DNA of 58,611 nt, filler included, from Sphacelaria rigidula (Eukaryota), in assembly GCA_964200075.2 (NCBI GenBank). It is 7 parts of 7 records of this genome, joined end to end, with 100 filler letters (N's around TTAATTAATTAA, not from the genome) between each part and the next. Parts side by side here need not be neighbours in the genome. Positions count along the whole stretch, not along the records: positions 33,552 to 41,838 come from CAXNAA020011649.1; positions 41,939 to 50,225 come from CAXNAA020011650.1; positions 50,326 to 58,611 come from CAXNAA020011651.1; 4 more parts are not named here. One strand, 5' to 3'. Of this stretch, positions 38,001-50,456 are shown piece by piece. The notes below the pieces were generated by a model. That model searched no databases. It saw only the letters and a program-made list of their open reading frames with translations, and was not told where the DNA came from. Each line of letters opens with the position of its first letter. The stretch's first letter is position 1. Made by a program: the position numbers and the translations under genes.

Positions 38001-40678
38001 CGTATATCCCATAATCACCCAGACGTCGATAGTATGTATACATCGACATCAATGTCGACGACTATTTCCACAGTGATCCAAGATAACTTATACGTGAACT
38101 AAGATGAAGATCGGGGCAATTCTTCGTGCCTGATACACTATGCACCGGTGACATGCACACAGGAAGTGGCTTGGGACTCTACTCCGTTCGTCGGAAAGCC
38201 GCTGGGCTTGATGGGACCTGCGGTGTCACGGACAATCCTTGTTCACAAGGAGGCTCCATCTTTTTCTTCGCCGTTCCGTATATGCCTGACCGAACGGAGG
38301 TACGTGTGTGTGTGTGTGTGTGGTGTGTGTGTTGTGTGCGCTTGCTGTGTGCGTTGTGACTGGTTTTGCTGTAGTTACAGTGGAAGGCATAAACAAATAC
38401 AACGCTCTTTGGTCGGTTTCACCTTTCCCCAACTTCGGTTACTCTTTCTTGTCTTTTTGGAATCGAAGCCTGCCGACGATCGACTTATTAGTATGCACCG
38501 CCGTTAATCTTCATGGGTTGAGCGTGTAGCGAGCTGTGTGTCCCTGTTTCCAGTCATATCAAGTCTGCATTAGAGCGCTCAAGAATGTTCGTCAGAGTTG
38601 TTCATGTAACCATCAGAGAGCTCTCGGTGCAGGATCCCTGTGCATCGATGCTGACTTCTTCCACGGTAAACGCAGAAGTTAGCAGTTGATAAAAACACAA
38701 ATTTGGGTTGTCAGAGACGCTCGTGTTACTTAATGGGGTCCGGGACCGAGCACTCTCTGATAGCCATATATGACGAGGAAATATCGGTTCTTCCACGCAG
38801 AAATTTGGGTCGCAGGAGACGTTGATATCATTATTTTTTTGTTCGGAATCGAGTGCTCCCTAATAACTCTGTATGAGGAGGAACTGACAGTTTTTGAAAC
38901 AGAGAATTGGTTCGTAGGAGGCGTTGGAGCAAGAGTATTGGGGTCCGGAACGGAGAAGGGGTCAGTACACTGATACAAGCAAATTGAGAATATATGTGAA
39001 TGTCTCGTTTTGCCCACACCCCCTATTGTTTTAGCAGCAACGACACAGATACGTTTTAATCTTCCAACTTTCTGTCCTGCACACACTCCACTGCCGATGT
39101 GACACAAAACGATCCGTCTTGACCCTCTCCTCTTCCGCTCGTGGATGCTTCACTTGCAGCTACGCACAGACGCCAACAATGCAATGAGCTCTCCATCCGC
39201 CTTTAAGATCATGCAGACTAGCTCGTTCGATCAAGTTCTCATTCAAAAAGATCCGCAAAGTGCGGGCTCGTGTATCTCTATATTCCTTCCTCGGATTCTT
39301 CAAGGTTTTGAACTCTCCATCCGCCAAGATCATGTAGACTAGTTGGTTCGATCCAGTTATATTCCAAAAGGGTCCGCGAAGTTCGGGCTCGTGTATCCCC
39401 ACACTATTTTTTCCAATCCTTCGACTAGTTTCCCCCTTCACCCCCGCGCGCCCGTCCCCAGAATCGCCCGCCTTCCGGCTCTGCTCGCAACGCAAGAATA
39501 GCGTCTTCCTTGTGCTGATTCGCCGCGGTAGTCTATTGGTACGATTGAAACCATGTGATCGGAAGAATGCGGGTTCGATTCCGGGCAGATTCAATTAGAT
39601 TTTTCCGAAGATTTTTCTAAGGGTTTCCGTCGTTGAAAACATGAAGACGTGATGAGCAGAAGTAGTTCGGTTGGTGAGAGTCGACGCGGTGTGGGAATGC
39701 TGATCATGATCTAATCCAACCCGCGATACCACAACATGAGACGTGTACCGGGAAAGAGATGGGTCGGTCTCTCAAGACCGCGGAGTCGTCCCGAAGAAGG
39801 AGGGGGGTTGAAAAGTGTGCCAGTGAAACAAGCAAACACACAAAAGCAGCGCATGCGATTTTTTCTGTCGCCATGTCTAGGGTACCGGGCTGCTCAACAC
39901 GTCGACCAGTACGACGCGAACATTTTTCAAGCAAGGCGACAGCGTCGAAGCTGAATCATACCGACGACGATCGGACACACCCACGACCGCCTGCGTGGGG
40001 GCGGGTCGTACCGAGGACCTTGGCAGTCTTGGTCGCACTAGATTTACGAGCGATTTGTCGTCGAGATTTCCTGGCAGAGACACCTGTAGTGACGACGGGT
40101 GTCGGTCGTCCTCACGACTGATCGCCGGTCCGGATACCTTCGGTGAAATCGGGGCGTCGTTTGCGGCCGCAGCGGCAGGAGCAGGCGGGACGACCCCTGG
40201 AGAGGGTCGTGATGATGGCAACAAGACGACTGTTGGTAGCACCAACGGTAGCAACGGCGGTATCGCCATCTTCGATGGCACTAGCGAGCAAGTAGGTGGC
40301 CAATGCAGGAGAGGTGGCACCGGCAGTGGGGGGCGCATGTACATGGTGAGTGCGTCGCACGCGGAAGAAACGACGGCGTGCATTGGAGAGAGCGGTGTGG
40401 AGGCGAGGATGCAAGGTTGTGCTGGGACGGCAGGGACGAATGGGTCCGGGGCGCAGCGGTGGCATAGGCTGGGCGGCATATCACCGGAGACAACAGCGCC
40501 GAGAGACAGAACGATACTACCCCCAGACCAAGCGGTATCGAACGTAGCGGGCTGCGTTGATCAGCGTGCCGGCTCACGCGGGATTTTGGTGGTTGATGAT
40601 ACATCGACGGTGCGTCAATTGCTGGCCCGCGGCGTGAAGAGGATGGGGTACGAGGTGGACACGGCTTGCACGGGCGAG
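34894..40678 (+). CDS. Hybrid histidine kinase (HATPase_c + receiver domain), partial; exons 34894-35531, 38163-38299, 39881-40678
   Basis: LRFAVTDTGIGV (G1), RLFQAFSQ (F), T-G-SGLGLYSV (G2), GGSIFFFAVPY (G3), then ILVVDDTSTVRQLLARGVKRMGYEVDTACTGE (receiver N-half). GT-AG phases 1 and 0 are compatible. The H-box and the receiver phospho-Asp are not seen. Confidence 0.9.
34927..35061 (+). repeat. Coding (CAA/CAG)n trinucleotide microsatellite (poly-Asn/Ser in the kinase frame)
   Basis: Direct sequence. Confidence 0.95.
35610..35850 (-). mobile_element. Retroposon 3' fragment ((TCAA)-tail family) in kinase intron
   Basis: Shares aacactcgctgaa, atg.ccggcct and atggcttc.gtggaaa.atctt with 12345-12620. 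Confidence 0.7.
39190..39430 (+). repeat. ~120-bp tandem duplication in kinase intron
   Basis: ctctccatccgcc..aagatcatg.agactag.t.gttcgatc.agtt...ccgc.aagt.cgggctcgtgtatc occurs twice. Confidence 0.8.
39522..39830 (+). mobile_element. tRNA-derived SINE (second family)
   Basis: GGTAGTCTATTGG A-box-like and GGTTCGATTCC B-box; body shared with 16570-16676 and 42460-42660. Confidence 0.7.
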
Positions 40679-42459
40679 GTGAGGGGGAATATGTGAGAGA
40701 GGGTACTGTTACCGTTGGCTACAGCCAATGCACACGTCACGGACCAGGAAATGTGCGCACACGCAGCAAGTATGCGATTGGTATGCGTGGTTGAGAACAA
40801 ACTATACGTGCCGATGTAGGCGATTATAACGAGCACAACCTTCATTATAGAGTTTGCGACTACGCTCAACATCGAGATTTGTTTTTCCGGGTGACTGGCC
40901 GAAACGAAGTTCACTTGGAAAACGTACCATCACCTGTGAGCACAATATAATAGAAAAAAATTAGCTGGATGAGATCCACAAAGAATCAAGCACCGAGACA
41001 CGTCACGAACAATTCATACAGGTAGCTATAGACTGGACAAACCTTGCAAGCGAAGGCGATGTCTTGCGGGACGCTGGATAAAACAACGTTTTTCTGCATT
41101 TGTCGTCCAAGTGTCTCACATAACCATCTTGCTCTTGTCTGTTAATGCCGCTGTGCCATGTAGCCCACGTGAGCGAACCCTCCCACTCATCACGAATACT
41201 TAACATTCCTTGCTGTCTTGTCTGACGAATGTCTTGTATAGCGGCTGTCTTGTATAACGCACCGACCCGCTAACTGGAGCAGCCCAGCAAGTGTCAAGTT
41301 TGTGCATCGGAAACAATAAGTGGGCCCCAAGTGGTGTCGAACATTGATACTCGTCGCCACTATCAGCAGCACCATGGCCATAATCCATGTCATACCCTGA
41401 GAAATGATAGGCTACTCCAGTGACCGTGTCGGCACGTTGTTCAAGAGAGTCGGCTCCAACCGTCGATATGTGTGTCGAGCTGTAGATCATACAGAGGGGG
41501 GCTACTATGGTATAGCGGTACGATGGCGTGAAATATCTTTACCGTGAGGTCACTTGAATATTCGTCGATATCTCTATTTTTACCTTCAGTGTTTCGACAT
41601 CCCGAAAGAAGCGACCGGAGTATGATCCATCATACTTTCGTCGACCCTCATTTCATCCGAAGGGCGAGGAGAAGGATGATTGATACGCTCATGTTTGAGT
41701 AGTCGTAAAAATCAATTGTAGACTAATCTCTGTGTCTGTCCTGACGATTCTCCCGGTCCTCGATACATGCACACATACATCTGCACATTTTCAGGGTATG
41801 CGGTGACTTGCTTCCCCCCCCCCCCCCCCCCCCCCGCCNNNNNNNNNNNNNNNNNNNNNNNNNNNNNNNNNNNNNNNNNNNNTTAATTAATTAANNNNNN
41901 NNNNNNNNNNNNNNNNNNNNNNNNNNNNNNNNNNNNNNGCGCGCGATGTGCCGCATCAGGTACAGTTTAGAGAGCGATGGCCTAGCACAGGTACGTTCTC
42001 GGCCGACCGGTGGCCCAGATAAGGTACGATTGAAAAAAAAATCCTAGATCAGGTATACCTGGGCGAAATTTGGCCTACAAAAGGTAAGTGGTTTCTGAAG
42101 GCGAGACGTCCGCTTTCGCGTGGCCATATCTCTCGAGTAACATGGTTTTTTCCCGTTTTTTTTCGAGGCCGGGGTGCCAAGGTGCCAATGGCCCCCCCGA
42201 ATGATGTGCGTGAAAAATTCGTAGCGAAAACGGTCAAAATGGCGTGTTTGGCTGCTTTCGCGTTTGTGGCCATTTTTCGTACCTTTCTTGAGCAAAAAAC
42301 GAGAAGGTATACCTTTTCTAGTCCATTGCTCAAACAAAAATGTCTCTCACCGACCAAACCTCCTACAATGTCCCCTAGCTCGACTCTGTACACGAGTCAC
42401 CCTACCCATCCGGGCGTCGGTCCTCAGAATTGGTTATTTTTCTTCGTTCGAGTAGTATC

Positions 42460-42660
42460 TGATTTCCACCATGGAAAGCGTGAGAACGTGAGTAAACAAA
42501 GTAGCTTGACTGAGTTAGTTTGACGAGAGTTGACGCGGTGCGGAAGTGCTGACCCAGTGCGCGAGACCAAAATGCAAGGCGTGTACCGGGGAGAGATGAG
42601 TTGGTCCCTTGAGATCACGGACTCGTCCCGAGGAAAGGGAGGGGTTCAAAGTGCGGCAAT
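42460..42660 (+). mobile_element. Body of second SINE family (headless copy)
   Basis: gagttgacgcggtgcgg..gtgctga..gtgtaccggg.agagatg..ggtc...tcgtcccga.gaa.ggaggggtt.aaagtg shared with 39680-39825. Confidence 0.65.
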
Positions 42661-44900
42661 TTTTTTTAAATAATACGTGATGAAATAAATGTGATGTCAT
42701 GCAAATCTTCCGTGGAAAAAATTCAACTGGACTACTTTAAGAGGGCTGATTTTCCAAAGATGCTGCACCCGGGCGGAAAGACGCTAACTAGAGAGCGTTG
42801 TTGCCCGGAAGACATGTGTTTCGAAAGTGTAATACGATCACTGTTCGAAATGGTTTGATTGAACGGAGTCATGGTTCGCTTGAGTAAGCACGGAGCATAA
42901 ATACTACAAGTCCCCACCCCCTCTCCCAGGAAAAGTACCGTTGGAGGCAAAGCCAGCAACATAGTACTAGTAGTAGTGTTGCCCCATTATATCTGATGAG
43001 GCTACAACACTCTTGAACATGCAGCATCTGCAACAAGCTTGGTCTGAGTGTCATGATGCCTTACTTGCCGGTAGCTTGTAGCGCGGCTGAATACTGTCGG
43101 GAGCTCTTCTTGTTCTGAACAACATAGCGAGATCCGTTGTTCGCGGGTGGCCGGTTGTCCGGGATCGCTTACCTTCTCCGCAATCTGTAGCCTGCAAGTT
43201 TACCTGCAATAAAATTCGTCGCTTTCGCGCCTAAATGAGACTGCTTTGATTGTTGAGTACCAACCCTCCCACCAGGTGTCATTCAAAACGAGCTCCGCAC
43301 TCTGATCGCCGTAATATCAGGCGGTGAGCGCCGGGTCATCCACGTACACGCCGCGGCTGCCGCCCGACCCTATTGCTCATCGACCCCGCCCATGTATCAG
43401 CTCCGGAGCTAACGGTTGTGACACTGCCGAAAAATGCAGACGAGGCACACAGCTCCACCTGGGGTGAAGTATTCGGGTGGCTGCCTGTTGCACATGTGTA
43501 TGTGTTGTACGTATTCGAACGTATGTGAGGGATGCGATGTTCCGCTCGAGCAGTGTCCATGGTGCCCGGGGGAGTATTTTGTCGAGCACTTGCTGGAAAG
43601 TTCGCAGCCGGATATGATGTCTCATAGACCCTGGTATTCTGTGAAGAGCGTACCCCTTTAGACAGCAGCACGGGAAAAAGAGAGAGGCCAGTAGTGCTCT
43701 GGACAGGAGATCACAAACTTGTTGTGCAGGTTTTTATTGGCCAAGTTTGAAGGCCACGCCGCAGGAGGGTGCTGCTAACGTCGAATTTCGCGTCGTACGC
43801 AAGATACGTACTACAGGATACCTGCCCCCCCGTGCTAGCGCACTATCCCGACCGCGATTAATGCTGCAAATACGGTGTGTTGATGCGGAACCACATGCGA
43901 CAACGCAACATGCTCAAGGGCTGAGCCGCTGCAATATATGTGCCAAGCACAACACGGCACGCATCACTTGAAACGCAAAAGTGAGTAATCGGTGGTGGGT
44001 AGCGTACCAAACGTTCTGCAAGGTGCCCATTTTGTAATACGATACAAGTATACGTTTTCGTTTCCTTTCGGCATTATCGATGCGTAGCTGTAAAGATATG
44101 CAATACTCGTCCGTCTGCATACTTCTTCCTCACGCTGCTTTTGCTGCCTGTACTGGTCCTCTGTATTGTAGCACATACACCCCTCATCGATATCGAGAGA
44201 CGATGACGCTGGGCCTCGACGGCGGCTCTCGAACCGCCCCACCTTCGCGTTACTTCAAAGCCGTTCTGGACTTCAACCATCCTGGTGTAAACTTTCCTTC
44301 AAGGTGCGGTTCGGGGGAGGCGGTCCTGTCACGATACGCAATGCGTGTTCTTCTATGCAAATAAGACGCGCAGTTGCGCATGTGGGCTGAGGTCCTTCGG
44401 GTGCTGCTAGCCCCGTAGCGCAGTGTACTCCATCATGTGAACGAGCAAGTCGTTGCATCTCGCTTGAACGAATGCGTTGATCGGAAGAATAGAATTGTAC
44501 CCGAGTGGCACGTGTTCGCTACGGGGCACCCTCTCCTGGCAGCTGTTCCCAGCTGAATCAGTCACGCAAGTTTACTTGTTCCCTAGACACCTGATGGCTG
44601 CGTGAGCTCGTCGTACGCTGTGACAACCCTTGTGCGAGCAAAACATCATTTTCTCCTTGCTGCAGTGTGTGACTGACATCGCCCCGCTAACGACACCACG
44701 CAGGATCCCATTCACTCCAGCTGACGGCGGAGAAGAAGCCATCGCTACCTGAATTTCACGCCATGAACCACAGCTTACGGTCGATGCTGACGACCGTAGG
44801 ATATCCAGAGTTCAAGTCGGCCGTCCTACAGTGGGATCGTCCCGACGCTATCCACAATCATTCCATCTAAGCTCTTCCTCATCACAGCAACTTACACGGT

Positions 44901-47900
44901 TCAACATTTTCTCTCGCCCGAATATATGCCGCGTTTGGAAGCCACTGGAAGTGCTGCGCTATCGCGATGGCCGTGAACGGATCCTAAATCCAACCCCTGG
45001 TGTTCTCGAAGTCTTGCCGTCGCCTCTGCTATGCCGCAGCGTCGGCCTTCTCGATGCGCGAGCATCATCTCTTTGAACTCGCTGAAGTCTCCCATGGCCA
45101 CGAGCATGTCGAATACGTCGCCGATAATCTCATCTGTGTAAAGGGGAGGCTTTTTTCAGCGCTAACATCAACGTCTGGGCAAGTTGTCGCTGTGATTTGT
45201 CCTGCGCTTAAGGGTATAAGGGCTCACGTGTTCTCCTTACCTACAGTGTCTGCATCGCAACAACGCATATCGCGGTACTCTGACGACGGGTTGTGTGGAA
45301 CCCTGGCACCGCATGCAACGACAGGTATCGTCCAGAATACGCTCCATGGAGCATCCTTCGTGAGGCATAGGGGTCACGTGAGAGTTCTAGCCACCCTTGA
45401 TGAACTGTTGTGGGAAAATCTCCGGACGACACGACCAAAATTCTCACCCTCTCTCTCGCTCGCCATCTTGATGAAGGCCTCCATGCTAAATGCCGGGATG
45501 CGTTCTCGCAGCCAATCCTCAATATGCCGTTCTGCTTCAGGCAGACAAGAATTTCGGGGAGGACACGACAGATGGGTGAAGGGGCGATGAAACAGCCAGC
45601 GATTTCGATTACAGAAAACCAGAAAGTCGAAAGCCCGTCTGAGCAAGACAGAGAGGAGAAGCGAAGAGCAAAGCGAGTGTCGCAAGGCAGTATGTCGATC
45701 GGTCGCCGCAACTGCAGGTCCGTCACCCTGGTAGCGACGACCAAGTCAACATGCTGATTTTCGTCGGTTGCTTTTGCGTGTCACTTCCTCCTGTGGTCTC
45801 GTTTAAGATCGGCCATGAGGTTTGACGAAAGTAGCAATGTCGTGTCCAGGTTTTGGATGCTGTCGCGGCATAAGTGATACTCACCAGAGTCATTTTGGCT
45901 CGCCGGCGGTGGTGTATGTACAGTTTAGGAGTCATGAGGAAATAAAGGTACGCCACAACCTTCTACATCGGCAACGCTGGACCGCCAGTCGAGATGACAA
46001 AGTGGCACGTAGTTGCCTGATTGGCCGAAAGAAAACTCAGGGAATCTTATTGGCCAGTATTCCTCGGTCGATGGTGGATGAAGCCCACGGTCTTTTGGAG
46101 CGGAGAGACTTTGGACGTAAATGACATCACGCGGAGGGTTTTGCTATTTTCTGGACTGTACATTTGGGCGTAGATGACGCCAGCCGCCGACCATAGGATA
46201 TCGGTAAATCAGATTTCCTGAGTTTCTTTGACGAACTGAAGAACTACGAGCCGCGTTGCCTGTCCGTGAACTACTGTGCAATTGCGATGGCTGCGGTTTT
46301 CCGTGACGGAGGTGACCACGACACCGGGGTGTGCAAGTTGTTTTGGCCGCTCGATCGCCACTGTCGGGACATTTCTGGCCAGAATAGGGCACAGTGTATG
46401 GTCGATACAAATCATCGTACACTACACGGTACAAGAAAAACAGTTTATGCAAAACAAACGACTTGCATTTCGAGCATACGAGGCTGCAGTATACCGTGCC
46501 ACATACGCGAATGTCCACTCTCTTTTGCAAGAGTTAACTCGTGGTTCGCACACGGTAGTAGCCAACTCACCGACTAGCTGTGTATATTGTTGGAAGAGGT
46601 CGGTGTAGATCAGCAGGTTCTCTTCTGAATCTACGAACTCTCCTGCAAAGTCGAGAGCGCAGCATGCGATGAACATTGGACATGTCGAGGAATGCGGATG
46701 AGGCCAAGCCCTGCCCTTGGGCTCAGAACCTGTTCGACCCAGATTCTAGATTTGCAGCATTCCGTACAAGACCCGAGCCCTTGATCCCTGAGCAGCATCT
46801 AAACCGGTTGAATGGATAACGTTGAGTAAGGCAATGCGGGCTAAGGACACTCACCGCACCACTCGTCGACAAACTTCTGCTGAACTGAGGCGAAAGTCGG
46901 ATCTAACACCGCTTCTTCGAGCGCGCCCACGATGGAATCGAATCGTCTATCCTGCGGTAGACAGTGGATGGCGCGGACGCACTTGTGCCGTATAATTGAA
47001 GTGTTTTCAACGCCATCGGTTGGTTTCGCTCTCCCGCAGTATGGTGCGCTGGGCTTGTCGAGCAAGTGTTACATTCTCTCCGATCAAAGAGCCCGACGAT
47101 TTGTCCTAGAAAAAAAATAAAACACCCTTCGAATGTCGTGTAAGACTCGGGAACAGGACTGCCATGAAGCAAAAGCATGCGAGTATCGCCCGCCTGGCTT
47201 CACAAGATTGTGTGCCACAATGACTGTTGCAAGGGTTGATCACCTTCCCATGAGTATCTATTTCCGTCAGTGGAGACTGTGGGGATAGAGCAAAGGAATA
47301 ACAGATTAGTTGCAAATGTAGAGCAGTATATTTTTGCACCAAAAGCAGCGAAACATTCTAGCATCCGAGTAATAATTGAAAATCAGCGCTATCTTTCGAA
47401 AGATCGTAGACCAAGTGGGTGTCAATGTTTCAATCAAGCGCGCTGCGCCTAGCACATCTCACGCAATAGCGCGAAATACATCATTATTATTGTTGTCGTT
47501 TTCGTTGTTGTTGTTGTTGTTGTTGTTGTTGTCTTCGCATTGAAAGCTATTCTGATATCATCGCAGTAATCTGTACTGGGCATCTGATGCGGACGGCTTC
47601 CGTGGTCACAAATCATAATATTTGATAAAAAAAAGAGCTGAGGGTTACAGCCATATATTATGGCATATTCTATCGGCATCCAGATATCCAGCAAAAGCGA
47701 TCCCACGGCCCAAAACTACCGTGGCCATGTTCAGGCAATTTCCTTGCGCTGTCTATGCCGTCTGACCATCCAACGCACATGGTTGAAACCCGTTTGGGAA
47801 GTGCGGCTACAGGAGCCGAGACGCACCCCTCAACATGACCACGACGCTCTTGAGTGGTCGAATCGCTGTTGCAGCACCCCTATGATGAGAGCAAGGCACG

Positions 47901-48518
47901 CTGATGCTCTTGCACTCGTGCCGGGCGTGCCCCAGACATTTGATGCGGCAAGGACTACATCTAGTAACCAGTCGGCTATCCACAGCCACACTAGGGAACG
48001 GGCAAGTGACTGACTACGTGCTTTTGGATCGCACGATTCTTGGCATGATGTACTCGAGATAGGTACAAAGCATTCCATAGCTTCGTCTTCGAAGCAATCT
48101 ATGTTTACAATCCTATTGACGCTAGATCTCCACAGGTGGACCATGGGTGGGTGTGCGGTACGCGCGGGGCGCACCGGTCTGCCCTATCTGCTCATTTTCA
48201 TGTCTTCTTGACTTGCACGGCAAGTTACACCCCATCAGAGAAGAGGGGTGTGAATTTACGACTTACAAGAGTCCTTGATTTGAACACAGGATAATCAGCA
48301 TCCAATCACGTAATTTTTGCACGCACAAAACGGTCACTAGAACTGACCCTAAGGTAAAAGGCACAATATACAGAAAGATGGCTGTCAATCTGCGTCTCGC
48401 GCTTTAAACACTCGAGAGTACTGGAGACTCGCCTCTTCCGACCCCTCGTTGTCTGCCAACACTTCTTCTTCTCCGTCCCAACACGGATAGTCTCGTTCTT
48501 TGTCTTCTCCCAACTCCC
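44901..48518 (-). CDS. ARL2BP: ADP-ribosylation factor-like protein 2-binding protein (BART domain); exons 48518-48433 (GC donor), 46951-46855, 46642-46571, 45531-45448, 45133-44901; start codon unresolved
   Basis: Spliced: EGSEE-DRRFDSIVGALEEAVLDPTFASVQQKFVDEWC-GEFVDSEENLLIYTDLFQQYTQLV-ERHIEDWLRERIPAFSMEAFIKMASERE-DEIIGDVFDMLVAMGDFSEFKEMMLAHRE...*. This is colinear with the ARL2BP pattern FD..VG.LE...MD..F...Q..F...EF.D.EENKL.YT..F..Y..LVE..IE..L..RIP.F.M..F......DE..GDIFDML....DF..FKEM.L. Confidence 0.92.
47500..47720 (-). mobile_element. Retroposon-like 3' end with (CAA)n tail; similar end at 58537-58611
   Basis: gatatc.gaa..g.ttt.aatg.gaagac(aac)n in both copies. Confidence 0.55.
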
Positions 48519-49507
48519 CTAGGAAAGAGAAAATTCGCACATAGACAAGAAAATGACGAGGAAGTGATTCATGACTACCAGTTGATTTATGTACTGCCTG
48601 TCCTGCAAAGTATTGTAGAGTAGTCCATTTCATTGTCGTTTGGAAGGGCATATAGTATCCACGAGCTGACCATATAACGTTTATTTTTTTAAGAAGCCAA
48701 TGCATAAAAAATGAAAGCCTCGTGTGTTCACCTCTGTCTGATGTGATGATTCATTGGATTTTTTTTTTTTAATATTTCCCTTGATATGATGAAAGTCCTG
48801 CAGGCTAAAATGGGCACGCGTTGTGCTCAGCGATGCTGTGTTCGATCCTGAGGTTAAGTGCTCGCCCAGCGTGGCGCGCAATACACAATAAAGTGATGAC
48901 GGGGTTGTTCAATGTGGGAGGGTGCTTTTGCCTACTATGTCTGTCCTGCTGTAGAGTGTTCCCACTGCTAGCTCGATGCGACGTACAGCAGTACCCCCAG
49001 GAACATGTGGCAATCATAATGTCGATGGGGGGGGAAACGTACCATTATCAGCAACACATGGCCCTCTCCACCTCTGGCACTTCCTCCTCGATTATTCGTG
49101 CATTAGGCTTTAGTTTGATGCTTGACCGCTTTATTTCTATGAGTGCTGTCTAAAGTAGGCGGGCAGCTGAAGGAGTAAGCGCTCGACGGCGGGGCAAGAA
49201 ATGGGCTCATCTGACATTAAATTTTGCGGAGAGACGTTTTCAGTTTTGAGGCCATGTGGGTATGGATACCGAACTTAGCACTGATATATCGCACGCTCTG
49301 ATGTCCTGATGAGTGCAAGTTGCGGGGCACTGTTTCCTAGCTGGAGTGGTCGATGATGAATTTCGTCGGTCGCCTCGATAGGTGCAGGTTTGGACCGCAG
49401 CCTGAGTTCTTCGTGTGATAGTATCGGTAAGGTGTTAGTCACAGCCTAAGGTTGAAGGCGTCTGCGGGGCACCGCACCCTGGGCTCTTGGGTGGTAACGA
49501 CCAGTGT

Positions 49508-49904
49508 GTGCTGTGCTGTGCTGTGCTCTGTGTGTGTGTGTGTTGTCATCCCGTTTATTCTGGACACCAGTCTACATCTTTCGGTATATGTGGGCGAATC
49601 AACAGGAGTCACACAGGATGAAGGTCAACACAGGAGCTTTTTTTCGGAGCCTTGCCCTAGTATCCCACCTCCCTTCTGCGGCGCTTACCTCATACTTTTT
49701 GTCGCGAGAAGGGTTCCTCGGTCCCTTTCCCTCGTCGACCGTGAAATCGAATTTTGTGTATCCCCGATATGGTCCCTCTCCGCTGTTGGGCATGGTATGA
49801 GGAAAGAATCACAGATCTTGTGACTTCACCAAGATTCGAACCCACGTACCAACCGTCAGAATGTTTTGGAACTACCAACTGAGGTACCGGGGCGACCGGC
49901 TGAT
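49508..49904 (-). mobile_element. Full-length tRNA-derived SINE, ~400 bp, CA-rich tail, 7-bp TSD
   Basis: Head gccccggtacctcagttggtag (A box)...gtgggttcgaatc (B box); tail (CA)n/(CAGCA)n; CCAGTGT at 49501-49507 and 49905-49911; tail also at 36165-36225. Confidence 0.8.
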
Positions 49905-50456
49905 CCAGTGTCATCCCAAATAATACTAGTAATATAATTTCAATTTCATGCTGATGATGCGGTTTGGCCTTTCATTTTTGCGAGTAGAAGGAGGCAATCT
50001 CCCTTGTGATGTGCCGGACTGCCCTTTGATGTGCTTTCTTGGCGAGTGGAAACGTGAGATTTGGCAAACATAATTTATTCACGACTTTGGTTGGTACGGA
50101 CAGCGGATGAAGAAGAGTGAGCTCCAGAAGCTGGGGGGGGGGGGGGGGGGAGAGAAATGTGTGGATTGCCGCAGAGGTTGCCGAGGTAGACACCACACCC
50201 CTTGGAGGAGAAAGCGCGGTGGAAGNNNNNNNNNNNNNNNNNNNNNNNNNNNNNNNNNNNNNNNNNNNNTTAATTAATTAANNNNNNNNNNNNNNNNNNN
50301 NNNNNNNNNNNNNNNNNNNNNNNNNGGGGAGTGGTCTCGCTTACCCCCCCCAACAGAATAAGGAGGGGATGTGGTTTGCTTAGGTTTCTCATTGGAGAAA
50401 AACAAAATGCTTGAGTTTTTTTTTTTGTGCATCTTTTTATTGCGGAAGTTCCTCAC

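Noticed and set aside
43276-43790. Remaining receiver-domain exons of the histidine kinase
   Set aside because: Different scaffold; plausible splice sites but no recognisable protein motif.
48385-48518. Terminal exon of the DEK gene
   Set aside because: Separated from DEK by a linker (different scaffold); fits better as an ARL2BP exon.
49296-49345. Hammerhead ribozyme (CTGATGA core)
   Set aside because: No GAAA after stem II and no consistent stems I/III.
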